A program made the position numbers and the translations under genes. A DNA stretch of 64,000 nucleotides from a virus. This document shows positions 1-9,160 of the stretch, one piece after another. The DNA lies in the IMG/VR virus record IMGVR_UViG_3300042291_000957, positions 26,420-90,419 of that record. One strand, written 5' to 3'. The first letter of the stretch is position 1. Each line of letters starts with the position of its first letter. The notes under the pieces are model-generated. The model was not told where the DNA came from. It searched no databases and saw nothing but the letters and a program-made list of their open reading frames with translations.

Positions 1-662
1 TTCCCGCCGTCACTGAGACTGCCTTGAATAATCACAGATCCACTATAGTTTGTAAAATACAATTGAAATGTATGCAAAGAGTTCGGAGCAGTTACTTCTG
101 GTTTAGCATCTATAATGCCGCTAACATAATAATCAGTGAAATCTTCCCCAAAACTCTTGTGCAGGCTAAACACTTTAATAGAATTGCTGATTGTGGGTGC
201 GCCGTAGATAGAATGTGCTACTTCTATAGTCCCCAGCGTTCCGTACTGACTGTCAGAATACAAAGGAGTTTTTTCAATTACTAGGTATTCGTCTGCATTT
301 ATAGTAGTTCTAGTTTCTCTATGCAGACTGTATTGATAACTGCCTGTTTCGATATCTAGTAGGTCAGCAGCAGTAAGGGTAACGTTAATTTTGCCTGTGA
401 CTAGATCAGTGACTGTACAGTCTTTTTCTAAAATTAATTCTTGAGTGTCTCTACCTACTAGGGTAAAAACTACTGTAGATCCGGTTATATTCAAGGATTT
501 TTGATCGGCATTTTTGACCTGCACTTTGATCCGGTTATCCATTCCGCCGTAGACTTTTATGTTTCGTTGATACACTTTTCGATACCTCTCTGTTGTCCAG
601 GCGCCGACATTTGTAAATACATCGATGTTATTTGGGTATAAATAAACTGAAATTTGTTGCAT
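1..662 (-). CDS. Hypothetical virion structural protein (partial, runs off left edge; absent from the ORF track)
   Basis: Hand translation from ATG 662 gives MQQISVYLYPNNIDVFTNVGAWTTERYRKVYQRNIKVYGGMDNRIKVQVKNADQK..., open to base 1. Beta-rich composition; TAAATA motif at 683-688 upstream. Confidence 0.7.
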   Translation of the reverse strand, partial: MQQISVYLYPNNIDVFTNVGAWTTERYRKVYQRNIKVYGGMDNRIKVQVKNADQKSLNITGSTVVFTLVGRDTQELILEKDCTVTDLVTGKINVTLTAADLLDIETGSYQYSLHRETRTTINADEYLVIEKTPLYSDSQYGTLGTIEVAHSIYGAPTISNSIKVFSLHKSFGEDFTDYYVSGIIDAKPEVTAPNSLHTFQLYFTNYSGSVIIQGSLSDGG

Positions 663-691
663 ACATTAACGGACCTTTAGCATATTTATCT

Positions 692-1063
692 ATGAGAATC
701 ACAGAAAACCTACAGCAAAACTTTCCATTCATATCCGTGTTAAACCACGTAGATCAAGAATATGTTGGTATTATAATCAATCAAGATAATCAGATCACTA
801 GTATGTACGACTATTCGTTGATAAAATCAGACCTAGAAAAAAGTAGGTTTATAGAACTAGGAGAAGCTTGGTGGTGGGAATCTAATCGTCAAATACCCAT
901 TAGTATTTTTCTTGCTAGAGAAATTTTTACTTACAGATATGCCATAAGAAATTTTGCAACTAAAGATATCAAAGTTATATTAGGACCAATTACCAGTCTT
1001 AATGACATCATAATTAAACGTGTAAAAAGAAAATCTATTACACTGGTAAGAAGAGTACCTTAA
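692..1063 (+). CDS. Hypothetical phage protein (123 aa)
   Basis: Track ORF 632..1063. ATG 692 (MRITENL) preferred because 632 overlaps the divergent gene. Exact TATAAATA at 637-644. Confidence 0.7.
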   Translation: MRITENLQQNFPFISVLNHVDQEYVGIIINQDNQITSMYDYSLIKSDLEKSRFIELGEAWWWESNRQIPISIFLAREIFTYRYAIRNFATKDIKVILGPITSLNDIIIKRVKRKSITLVRRVP

Positions 1064-1638
1064 GAGTATCCGTAACTGATACCTTCGCAGATCAAATTCA
1101 TTTGTACTGCTATTGCTACAGCATATGCTGTAGCATGACTTTTCTTAAAGTAATAATCATCGGTCTCTGGTTTTGTCCACACTTCTGCCATTACTGTGGT
1201 CCAATCTTTTCCTATCAAATAACGCTTGGCTGGACGTATCATCCCCAATACTGCCGCTAGTTGTTCTATGCTTTTCGGCTGCATTTCTTTGAGTATTGAA
1301 CCATGCCCGTTGACGTGAAAGAGCAAGCTGGTGAAATCGTCTTGTAATAGCAAATCCCATAATGGCTCCTGATTCATTAGATATACTAAATGCTCTTCAT
1401 CTTTAATGCCGTTGTATAATCCAACATTGAGAAAATCTATTTTAAAATACTCTCGTTGTTCAGCGATATCATAGGGTACTGCACACAATCCTGTTAGTGC
1501 ATTAACTGGTACTTCGTGCATGTAGATACCAGTATTATGCTTGACCAACCGATTGTTTTCAACACGGCTGGCTCCTATGTGTTTAAATAATTTTAGTGCA
1601 GAATCTCTGTCTGTAAAATCTATGTCTATATCAGGCAT
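1060..1638 (-). CDS. Miniature DNA polymerase III alpha (DnaE)-like protein, catalytic palm/fingers only
   Basis: Motifs MPDIDIDF, KHNTG, KIDFL, MIRP and YFKKSHATAYA match DnaE motifs PDFDVDF, KHAGG, KFDFLGL, LFRP and FNKSHSAAY in order. Confidence 0.85.
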   Translation of the reverse strand: MPDIDIDFTDRDSALKLFKHIGASRVENNRLVKHNTGIYMHEVPVNALTGLCAVPYDIAEQREYFKIDFLNVGLYNGIKDEEHLVYLMNQEPLWDLLLQDDFTSLLFHVNGHGSILKEMQPKSIEQLAAVLGMIRPAKRYLIGKDWTTVMAEVWTKPETDDYYFKKSHATAYAVAIAVQMNLICEGISYGYS

Positions 1639-1819
1639 CTTTACCATCCCAAACTGCTATTTTTTTCCACTGTAATTTTCCCGAAGTTTCATACGGCACA
1701 TAAACTTCACCAGTTTCTTTATCAGCCAACATCCACTTACCTGGACATTTTGTTTTGATCTTTAGAGTCACTGGCTTAGCTAGTTCTTGAGATTCTGTGC
1801 CGTCTAATAATTTCCTCAT
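1631..1819 (-). CDS. Hypothetical protein (62 aa)
   Basis: Tightly coupled ORF in the minus-strand operon. Confidence 0.6.
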   Translation of the reverse strand: MRKLLDGTESQELAKPVTLKIKTKCPGKWMLADKETGEVYVPYETSGKLQWKKIAVWDGKDA

Positions 1820-2058
1820 TAGTTAAGTCTTGTAGTTTCAAACAATAATAATGGCAATGTTTCTGCTAAAAACTGTGCATATTCTTCAGCGTCTTCAGAG
1901 TCCTCAAATCCGGAAAATTTTACATAAACGTCACTGGAGTCTTCAGCTACAACTACTTCAATGTCAATGTCGTCTCTTGATATATGTTCTTCATTGTCCT
2001 TAAGTTCTTCTTCAACGATTTCTGGTTCCGGCTCTTCTCGTCGTTTTTTAAAAATCAT
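1819..2058 (-). CDS. Hypothetical acidic protein (79 aa)
   Basis: Start/stop overlaps with neighbours; GGAGG RBS upstream. Confidence 0.65.
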   Translation of the reverse strand: MIFKKRREEPEPEIVEEELKDNEEHISRDDIDIEVVVAEDSSDVYVKFSGFEDSEDAEEYAQFLAETLPLLLFETTRLN

Positions 2059-2741
2059 AATATTTTTGCCTCCTTAATGACATCTTTTATTAATTCAACA
2101 TCAGCAGGCAGTGCTTTAAATCGTTTCATCCAAAATTGCGGATCAATATATGGCTCAACAATGGCCAATTGTTCGTCATTCATTTTTGTCAACATCTCTT
2201 TGCCTGCTTTTGTATTTAACACCAGCCAAGGACTAATTGTGCCTTCTTTAATATCATGAGTGGCTCGATTGAGATTGACATAGGCAAAATAGTGTTCCCA
2301 TTGTGCATTGTTCACGTTAGCCCAATCCATCATGGTTTTAATCGATCTTTGAATAGCACCGTCTGCGGGTTCTATTTTTATCAATTCAGAAACATAGGTA
2401 TCATAAAGTTCATCACGACACCAATGGTCTAGTTTGATACCACTCTTGATCACATAGTCTATAAATCTTTCTGGATATATCGGCGATGTATTAATTAGAA
2501 AACTTCCGAATTTAACAAAAGCAGTATAGTATGGACTACTAGCAAAATCATCAAAATTTTTATTAGACTTTGTTGATTGGGTAATTTCATAAAACCTTTG
2601 ATAGGTTAGGAGTCCTGCCTGAACATGTTTTTCTGTCTTTGACATATGGCGACGTTTTTGTTCGCAGACATGAACAAAGAGTGTTTTTTCTTTGGCAAAT
2701 AGTTTTTCACAAAATTCGCATTTATAATTTAAGTTCTGCAA
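2055..2741 (-). CDS. Hypothetical protein with N-terminal zinc finger
   Basis: YKCEFCEKLF...HVCEQKRRH C2H2/C2HC-type motif. TTG 2741 chosen over the track start 2825 to minimise overlap. Confidence 0.65.
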   Translation of the reverse strand: MQNLNYKCEFCEKLFAKEKTLFVHVCEQKRRHMSKTEKHVQAGLLTYQRFYEITQSTKSNKNFDDFASSPYYTAFVKFGSFLINTSPIYPERFIDYVIKSGIKLDHWCRDELYDTYVSELIKIEPADGAIQRSIKTMMDWANVNNAQWEHYFAYVNLNRATHDIKEGTISPWLVLNTKAGKEMLTKMNDEQLAIVEPYIDPQFWMKRFKALPADVELIKDVIKEAKIL

Positions 2742-3201
2742 TTTGTTTTTTATCCCAACCAAGGTCTTGGCAGTATTCTTTGATTTCTTTGTCTGTGGTA
2801 ATTGCGGCAAGAGTTTCAATATCATTGTGTTTCATATTAGGAAAGAATTGACTAATTATTTCTTCTTTTTTATTCTTGGATTTTTTTAAGGGTATGTATT
2901 CGTGAAAATGTGTTTTACCATTACCATAGCTGCATAGGCACAACAACATCCAAACCAATTTGGGATGTTGCTGTATCACGGCCCAATTCTTATTGTAAAT
3001 TTCATTTGTGATTTCTACAAAATGTTCTTGGATTTCTCTGTTAGAACTTTTAACACCACTAATGTAGCGATTTAAATTCCAAAAGTCTCCTTTGATTTCT
3101 TTGCGACCTTCGTCTGTAGTAGCATCCCAAAGTTCTTTGACTCCTAGATCTACAGCAGGAATTATGTCTTTAAAAAGGTCTACGTGTTTATTTTTTGCCA
3201 T
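2722..3201 (-). CDS. Probable clamp-loader small subunit (T4 gp62-like)
   Basis: Size (159 aa) and pattern FWNLNRYIS...NEIYN...HPKLVW...YIPLKK...IISQFF resemble gp62; replication context. Recognition by eye only. Confidence 0.5.
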   Translation of the reverse strand: MAKNKHVDLFKDIIPAVDLGVKELWDATTDEGRKEIKGDFWNLNRYISGVKSSNREIQEHFVEITNEIYNKNWAVIQQHPKLVWMLLCLCSYGNGKTHFHEYIPLKKSKNKKEEIISQFFPNMKHNDIETLAAITTDKEIKEYCQDLGWDKKQIAELKL

Positions 3202-3469
3202 TGTCTTTGCTTAAATGATATACTATTATAGCACGATCTAACACAGATTGCAATGTCTTATTTGTCCTAGCGGCTCGCCGAATTTCTCCCCAAAGTTGAT
3301 CTTCTTTCATATGCTCATATAACGGACGACCGTCGTGAGTTCTTGGATCTATTTTGTTTTCATACTGATATCCAATTAACTTACGATCAGTTTTGCCGGG
3401 TTCTCTAGCGTAGATCTCCTCGCCATTACGTTCGTAGACATAGGTAGTGCCTGGTTTAAGTGTTCCCAT
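3188..3469 (-). CDS. Hypothetical protein
   Basis: Coupled ORF; ATG 3469 (MGTLKPG). Confidence 0.65.
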   Translation of the reverse strand: MGTLKPGTTYVYERNGEEIYAREPGKTDRKLIGYQYENKIDPRTHDGRPLYEHMKEDQLWGEIRRAARTNKTLQSVLDRAIIVYHLSKDNGKK

Positions 3470-4025
3470 GATCAATTTCTGCAAGAATAAAATATTTTTT
3501 TATCAGCATTGGTGTTTTCTGTCCTTTGGGGATTTTGGTATTTTCCAAGTATTGTTCGTCTAAAATTTTATAACCTAAATTTAAAAATTTTTGGCGCCAC
3601 CATTCTTTAGATTCTAATATTAAGTGAGCATTTCGTCCATCGGGTAAAATTAATTTTGCCGGGCTAAGAGCTATTAAATGATAAATGTATCGACTTCTTT
3701 TAGAAAGATATTCTAAAGTTTGATCTACAAATTCAGGTTCAATGTGTTCTAAAACATCTGTAGACATTAACAGATCCACATATACATCATCTAGAGAAGA
3801 ATCAAACTTACAATTTCCTGGATCATACCCTTGTATTATTTTGTCTGGATATTGTTCTTTTAATTTATCTACTAACCTTCCTTTACCGCATCCAAAATCT
3901 AAAATGCTGTTAGGTTTGATTTTAGCAATAAAGTCTTCAGCGAATTTTGGAATTTTAGATCTTTTGCCAAACGGAGTATCGGCATGTATGTCTGTTAGAA
4001 TTTTTTTATATTTGTCGCTAATCAT
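3456..4025 (-). CDS. Class I SAM-dependent methyltransferase
   Basis: ILDFGCGKG, GYDP and STDVLEHI motifs. Confidence 0.85.
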   Translation of the reverse strand: MISDKYKKILTDIHADTPFGKRSKIPKFAEDFIAKIKPNSILDFGCGKGRLVDKLKEQYPDKIIQGYDPGNCKFDSSLDDVYVDLLMSTDVLEHIEPEFVDQTLEYLSKRSRYIYHLIALSPAKLILPDGRNAHLILESKEWWRQKFLNLGYKILDEQYLENTKIPKGQKTPMLIKKYFILAEIDHGNT

Positions 4026-4858
4026 TTTACTCTTAATAACTCTTGTATAGTATATAATTGTTGCATAAACGGAGACGGAGTATCAAGCACACTAGATTCA
4101 AGATCACCCGCCCTTCTTGGGCATATGTTAACTTTAAAATCACAATTATTAACTTTCTTATACAAGTTAATCATTTGTTTTACTGTTGTGCCTACGCCGT
4201 GGCCTAAGTTTTCAATTTGATTTGTCGAACGATCAATTGCTTGTTCTAGAGCATGACAAATTTCATTGACATGCGTATAGTCTCGAACAGCCGAGCCATC
4301 TAGAGTATTATAATCATTGCCGAACAAGTTAAATTCACCAGTCTTTTCAGCATTCATTAAATTCCACATTAGCCCATCTGGATTAGTTGGATTAATGCCG
4401 TCACTGCCTGTAACATTATAAAATCTAAAAATAGTAAACGGTATACTTCGTTCTTTACAATATTGATCTACAATTTGTTCAGACGCTCGTTTGCTAATAC
4501 CGTAGGGATTATTCATTGGACCTGCTGACCCTGTACTAGCATGAACAAATCTCTTGTATTTTAACTCTTGGAGTATTCGTAGTGTGCCTAGAGTATTTGT
4601 TTTATAATACACTATGGGATTTTTTACACTTCGTCCTACAGCAACTTCTGCTGCCAAATGAATTACACAATCAAATTCAAAATCAGTATCCCATAAGAAG
4701 TATCCGGGCATTGTGATATCGTTTCGAGCCTGTTCTTTAACTGGCAGTTGTGGTACTTTTCTATCTAGACCGTAGAGTTCTAGATCGGTTCGCTTACCTA
4801 AGAACTTGGTTAGGTGCGAACCAATATATCCGGCATTACCTGTTATTAATATTTTCAT
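4022..4858 (-). CDS. NAD-dependent epimerase, UDP-glucose 4-epimerase-like
   Basis: GNAGYIGSH, HLAA, YGISK (YxxxK), FRFYNV, RDYTHV and RRAGD motifs. Confidence 0.85.
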   Translation of the reverse strand: MKILITGNAGYIGSHLTKFLGKRTDLELYGLDRKVPQLPVKEQARNDITMPGYFLWDTDFEFDCVIHLAAEVAVGRSVKNPIVYYKTNTLGTLRILQELKYKRFVHASTGSAGPMNNPYGISKRASEQIVDQYCKERSIPFTIFRFYNVTGSDGINPTNPDGLMWNLMNAEKTGEFNLFGNDYNTLDGSAVRDYTHVNEICHALEQAIDRSTNQIENLGHGVGTTVKQMINLYKKVNNCDFKVNICPRRAGDLESSVLDTPSPFMQQLYTIQELLRVK

Positions 4859-5388
4859 TTTTCTAATACAAGAAATCCACAGTCATCATTGTCGTGATAT
4901 TTTATACGCCACTGCGGATTATTGGCCCACCATTTTCTTATACCTGCATAGGTTTCAAATCTAGGTTCTGCTACATCATGAAATACCAAGTATCTCGAAA
5001 CTTTGTCTGCGTGTAATCTTAGTTCATTATAAGTATGCTCTTCGGTATGCATAGTATCTATGAATAATAATTCACAGGGTTCGATTTCTATTTCTAAATC
5101 ATTACCTAACACAAATTGAAATTCAACTCCGGCTTCTTCTGCTGCTTGTTGAAATAACTCTTTGTCTAATGTTGTACCTTGATCAACAGTAACGAATTTT
5201 TTTGGTCTCAACATTAACCAGGCAGATGTTGAACATCCTTGGAATGGACCAAATTCTGTAATAGTTTCTACACCCTGAAATGTCTGCTGTATGTAATCCA
5301 TTCGACGATACATATCACCGACCATTTTCCAGCGAACACCCTCTCTAGTTTTGTTTTTAAAACTGTTAAAAATTTCTTCAATTATCAT
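4855..5388 (-). CDS. SAM-dependent methyltransferase (Methyltransf_24-like)
   Basis: EFG...GCST, LLFIDTMHT and LVFHD motifs. ATG 5388, or ATG 5415 which adds an MKVLITGKF extension. Confidence 0.75.
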   Translation of the reverse strand: MIIEEIFNSFKNKTREGVRWKMVGDMYRRMDYIQQTFQGVETITEFGPFQGCSTSAWLMLRPKKFVTVDQGTTLDKELFQQAAEEAGVEFQFVLGNDLEIEIEPCELLFIDTMHTEEHTYNELRLHADKVSRYLVFHDVAEPRFETYAGIRKWWANNPQWRIKYHDNDDCGFLVLEK

Positions 5389-5411
5389 AAATTTTCCTGT
5401 TATTAAAACTT

Positions 5412-5966
5412 TCATTCTATAAATTTTAACACAAGTTCTGAACCCTGCCAATCTTTAAATTGTTCTTTCCACCAATCTGGGTCTAATCTATCTGCTTTGA
5501 AATATTCGGCTAGTGTATGATCGCCTTTTGATGATTTTCCTTTTTTTAGTCGATTGCCTATAAAACAGAATTTTGTAGCCATCTGCATTAGTTGATTAAC
5601 TACCGTTGGAAAATCTGCATCGGGAATTCCGGTCAGAGATTGAATTGCAATTATGCTGTCAAATTTAGCATCTTGTTCGGGATGCTTAGAATATTCATCA
5701 ACACAGGGATCAAACAGATAAAACGAATCCAGGCCTAGCCATTTATCAAAGGACGCTCCGTTAAACCATTCTTTATATTTTTCTTCATTATAATAATGAA
5801 ATGCCTTGCCGCAGCCATAGTCTAATAATGTCTTAGCATTGTGTTTCTCAACAAGTGCTTTGATATCGGAATGATAACCTAAGGTCGCTACTCCCGAGTA
5901 GACTTCTTTTTTAAGATGATATTGTTTTACTCGATCAATTGTTTGATAGTATACATTGCTATACAT
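5412..5966 (-). CDS. Class I SAM-dependent methyltransferase
   Basis: LLDYGCGK and LFDP motifs; distant paralogue of 3456..4025 (shared WW.xQ). Confidence 0.8.
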   Translation of the reverse strand: MYSNVYYQTIDRVKQYHLKKEVYSGVATLGYHSDIKALVEKHNAKTLLDYGCGKAFHYYNEEKYKEWFNGASFDKWLGLDSFYLFDPCVDEYSKHPEQDAKFDSIIAIQSLTGIPDADFPTVVNQLMQMATKFCFIGNRLKKGKSSKGDHTLAEYFKADRLDPDWWKEQFKDWQGSELVLKFIE

Positions 5967-6597
5967 TTTTTAAAATTTCCTTATATATTCCTAAATACCA
6001 TTCTGCAGTTTTTTGATCTCCTTTAAGAGTTAAAAATGTGCCGCTGCCTTGGCCAAAACTCATCCAATCACCTACATTTAATTTTTTATAGTGATATTTG
6101 TTATCTAATATATTTAAAATATCTTGATCCCAACCATATTGCCAATTTTCTAAAGGCATTGATAATAGTTGTTCTCTAAATTCATTTCTAAATTTAGAAT
6201 CACTACCGTAGGTAACTAATCCGGCCATCCATCTTATATTTTTTTGATGTCGTTGTACGTGTATTGTGGATATAATTATATGCAACTCGTCTCTTGTAAA
6301 TTGTCTAGTACACAGCGTGTCGCAATCTAGTGTCATGACTAATTCGTCGTTAGGAAATAGTTCTGCACATTTTAAAAATCGAACCGCCTGATAATATGGA
6401 ACTTTACAAGATTCGTTTGGAAAGTCAACAATGTCTTCGTGGTATGTTACTCCTGAAATTTTATAATAAGAATTTCTAGGATTTACAATAACGATGTGTA
6501 CATTTAGCCAAGGAGTAAATTTTTGTATGCTTCTTGCACAATTTATGGCCCAGGTGTCGTAATATGCAGAATCACAGGCTAGTAAAATATTATACAT
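5959..6597 (-). CDS. Putative GT-A glycosyltransferase
   Basis: LACD N-terminus, RF...LDCD (DxD), MAG and WDQDILN motifs. Confidence 0.65.
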   Translation of the reverse strand: MYNILLACDSAYYDTWAINCARSIQKFTPWLNVHIVIVNPRNSYYKISGVTYHEDIVDFPNESCKVPYYQAVRFLKCAELFPNDELVMTLDCDTLCTRQFTRDELHIIISTIHVQRHQKNIRWMAGLVTYGSDSKFRNEFREQLLSMPLENWQYGWDQDILNILDNKYHYKKLNVGDWMSFGQGSGTFLTLKGDQKTAEWYLGIYKEILKNV

Positions 6598-6598
6598 A

Positions 6599-7414
6599 TT
6601 AAAAGTTTTTCATTTCCAATAACATAACATCATACGAAGGTATTTTAAAGTCAATAAGTTTTCTAGTATCGATCAATATTTTATTAACTGGCTTAGGCCC
6701 TTGCGTTCTTAATATTGTTTTTTCTAATTGATACACTTCGTTTATTTTTGACACTAGATCATACTTAGTGATTTTGTTTTCATTATTAACCACGTGATAT
6801 ACACCTGTTATTATGGGATTACACATATATTTTTCAATGCACTTTGCAAGTTCTAATGTAGTAATACCATTCCACCAAGCATTGTCCCATCCTTGTAATT
6901 CTTGCTGTGGGTTAGTTACAATCCATTGAAATAATCCAGTGCCCGTTGATTTAATTTCTGGCCCAATAATGCTCATTCTAAATGTAACATCTTTATCATT
7001 GTTAATTTCGCCTAGAGATTTTGACTTGCCATACAAGTTAGTTTCGGTGTGTGTATCCGATTCAACATAGTTTCCTTTTTTGCCATCAAACACACAATCA
7101 GTTGATAAGTGAACTACTCGTGTCTTGCTGTTTAAAAAGGTATGCTCTAAGAAGTGTGGGAACCATCCATTGATTAATGCAGCACGATCCGGACGATCGT
7201 TACTATCTTTGACTAACAATCCTACACAATTAATTACAAAGTCAAACATATTTGTAAATTCATTGAGACGCTGTACTTCTGCAAGATTCTCAACATCCAT
7301 GATAAGATCTGCATCAGACCTTGCCATTGTACTTACATTGTGTCCCTGCTGTTTGAGATATCGCGTGATAACATGACCAGCCATACCGTTGCTGCCAACT
7401 ACTAAGACTTTCAT
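6599..7414 (-). CDS. RmlD-family NDP-4-keto-6-deoxyhexose reductase (QnlA/WbvR-like)
   Basis: GSNGMAG, INCVG, HLSTDCVFDG, YGKSK and RMSIIG motifs. Confidence 0.85.
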   Translation of the reverse strand: MKVLVVGSNGMAGHVITRYLKQQGHNVSTMARSDADLIMDVENLAEVQRLNEFTNMFDFVINCVGLLVKDSNDRPDRAALINGWFPHFLEHTFLNSKTRVVHLSTDCVFDGKKGNYVESDTHTETNLYGKSKSLGEINNDKDVTFRMSIIGPEIKSTGTGLFQWIVTNPQQELQGWDNAWWNGITTLELAKCIEKYMCNPIITGVYHVVNNENKITKYDLVSKINEVYQLEKTILRTQGPKPVNKILIDTRKLIDFKIPSYDVMLLEMKNF

Positions 7415-8403
7415 ATAAAATTACCCTTCTTGAGCATTTCTTTAATGGCATCGTGTTGCATAATAAATGTTTTAGAACTAAATTCTTCTTGTGAAAACTT
7501 TTCTAAATTACTATATTTGTCTACTAATGTTTGTTTAGGATTAAATGGCAGTATCACAAAGTATGCATCGTCATATTTGTAAGACATCACTGCTTCGTGT
7601 TTTGATATCAACATCTCATCTAATTTTTCGCCCGGCTTACTGCCCATCTCTGTAATTTCTGCATTACCGTAGACACTTATTAATATGTCTGCAATGTCTT
7701 TGATGTATGCCGCTGGCATATTCATTACAAATGTTTCACCGCCTATACTTTCTTCGGCAGCTTTAAATAGTAAACCAATTGCTTCTTCAAGTGTTAAAAA
7801 GAATCGAGTCATTCTTAGATCAGTAATAGTAACTGGGCCACCACTGCGAATCTGTTCAATAAAGTACGGAATAACACTGCCATTAGACCCCATGACATTT
7901 CCGCCACGAACGCAGACAAATCTAGTATGGTCCGTTAGATCGTTTGCCTGAATAATTAATTTTTCACCTACTGCTTTAGTCATTCCATATAAATTCAATG
8001 GTTCAACGGCCTTGTCAGTGGATACATCGATAACTTTTTTAACACGATTTTCAATCGCAGCATTAACAACATTTGTTGTGCCTATTACATTTGTTTTAAT
8101 AGCTTCCTGAGGCTGATCTTCGCAGATAGGTACATGTTTAAGAGCTGCCATGTGAAAAATATAATCAACATTTTTAGTAGCAAACTTAACTGCTTCGTAG
8201 TCTCTAACATCACCTATGATGTATTTGATCTTGGGATTTTTAAACTTGCGTTGCATTAATACCTGCTGAAGTTCACCTCTTGAGAAAATAATAATCTCTT
8301 TAGGATTGTGTTTTTCAAGCATTAATCGAGTCAGTGTTTGTCCCCACGACCCGGTGCCGCCGGTAATTAAAATTCGTGCGTTGTCAAAAATACTGTTATT
8401 CAT
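7411..8403 (-). CDS. UDP-GlcNAc 4,6-dehydratase (FnlA/PseB/CapD family)
   Basis: TGGTGSWG, GDVRD, HMAALKHVP, STDKAV, YGMTK, GNVMGS.GSVIP, MTRF and PGEKL motifs. Confidence 0.92.
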   Translation of the reverse strand: MNNSIFDNARILITGGTGSWGQTLTRLMLEKHNPKEIIIFSRGELQQVLMQRKFKNPKIKYIIGDVRDYEAVKFATKNVDYIFHMAALKHVPICEDQPQEAIKTNVIGTTNVVNAAIENRVKKVIDVSTDKAVEPLNLYGMTKAVGEKLIIQANDLTDHTRFVCVRGGNVMGSNGSVIPYFIEQIRSGGPVTITDLRMTRFFLTLEEAIGLLFKAAEESIGGETFVMNMPAAYIKDIADILISVYGNAEITEMGSKPGEKLDEMLISKHEAVMSYKYDDAYFVILPFNPKQTLVDKYSNLEKFSQEEFSSKTFIMQHDAIKEMLKKGNFI

Positions 8404-9154
8404 ATTTTACTCCAATATCATCTGGGTTGTGGAACAGTGCTCTATGTTTGTTATCTAGGGATTCCACTTCTTCTGCAGGTCTTGTATTTGTATAGTAATA
8501 TAAAATTAATGATCTACGACTTCTATCCTCTGGGCACTTTAACGGAGTAGGATGTCCGTGAAAACTAAAATCGTCAGTTCTAAATACAACCAGTCTGTTG
8601 AGTAATGGACTAATCTTGTCAACACACACGTCCGGTTTGTTGTTTGGGGTCCTTGACCACATTTCTAAATGGCCTCCCCATTCTTCTTGCCAATCATCGT
8701 TTAGATATAGGATAACATTTAATCTTCGGTGTACTCCCATTAGATCGTGCCAGTTGCCGTCTGCGTGTACTGCTAGTGTGCCGCCTGTATTAATCTGATT
8801 AAATCCACCGCCTGTTAGATACGGATCGGGAATAAGTCCATCAACGCCAGTTAGCTTAGATAGGAATCTTAAAAATGTTCCACCATTTAAAAAATTAATT
8901 AAATTTAATGTGTTAGCGGGAACATCACTGTCATCCTTCCAATCACTGCGCCATTTAATCTGAATTTTATCGTGGTTGCGTTTGTCCCAACTTTCAAAAT
9001 TTTCATTGTTAAAGTCAGTTAGTGTTTCATTAATAACTTCTTGTGTAAAAAAATTATCTATAGCAATATAGTTAAACGGTTGCTTAGATTGAAATTTACT
9101 AGACAGATCTTCTAGATTAAATTTATCAAATTCTACATATTTCTTTTTCATCAA
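8396..9154 (-). CDS. 2OG-Fe(II) oxygenase
   Basis: HAD (HxD), RRLNVILYLN, GGHLE, NRLVVF, distal His in FHGHP, and RRS. Confidence 0.88.
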   Translation of the reverse strand: MMKKKYVEFDKFNLEDLSSKFQSKQPFNYIAIDNFFTQEVINETLTDFNNENFESWDKRNHDKIQIKWRSDWKDDSDVPANTLNLINFLNGGTFLRFLSKLTGVDGLIPDPYLTGGGFNQINTGGTLAVHADGNWHDLMGVHRRLNVILYLNDDWQEEWGGHLEMWSRTPNNKPDVCVDKISPLLNRLVVFRTDDFSFHGHPTPLKCPEDRSRRSLILYYYTNTRPAEEVESLDNKHRALFHNPDDIGVKYE

Positions 9155-9160
9155 TCGTCC

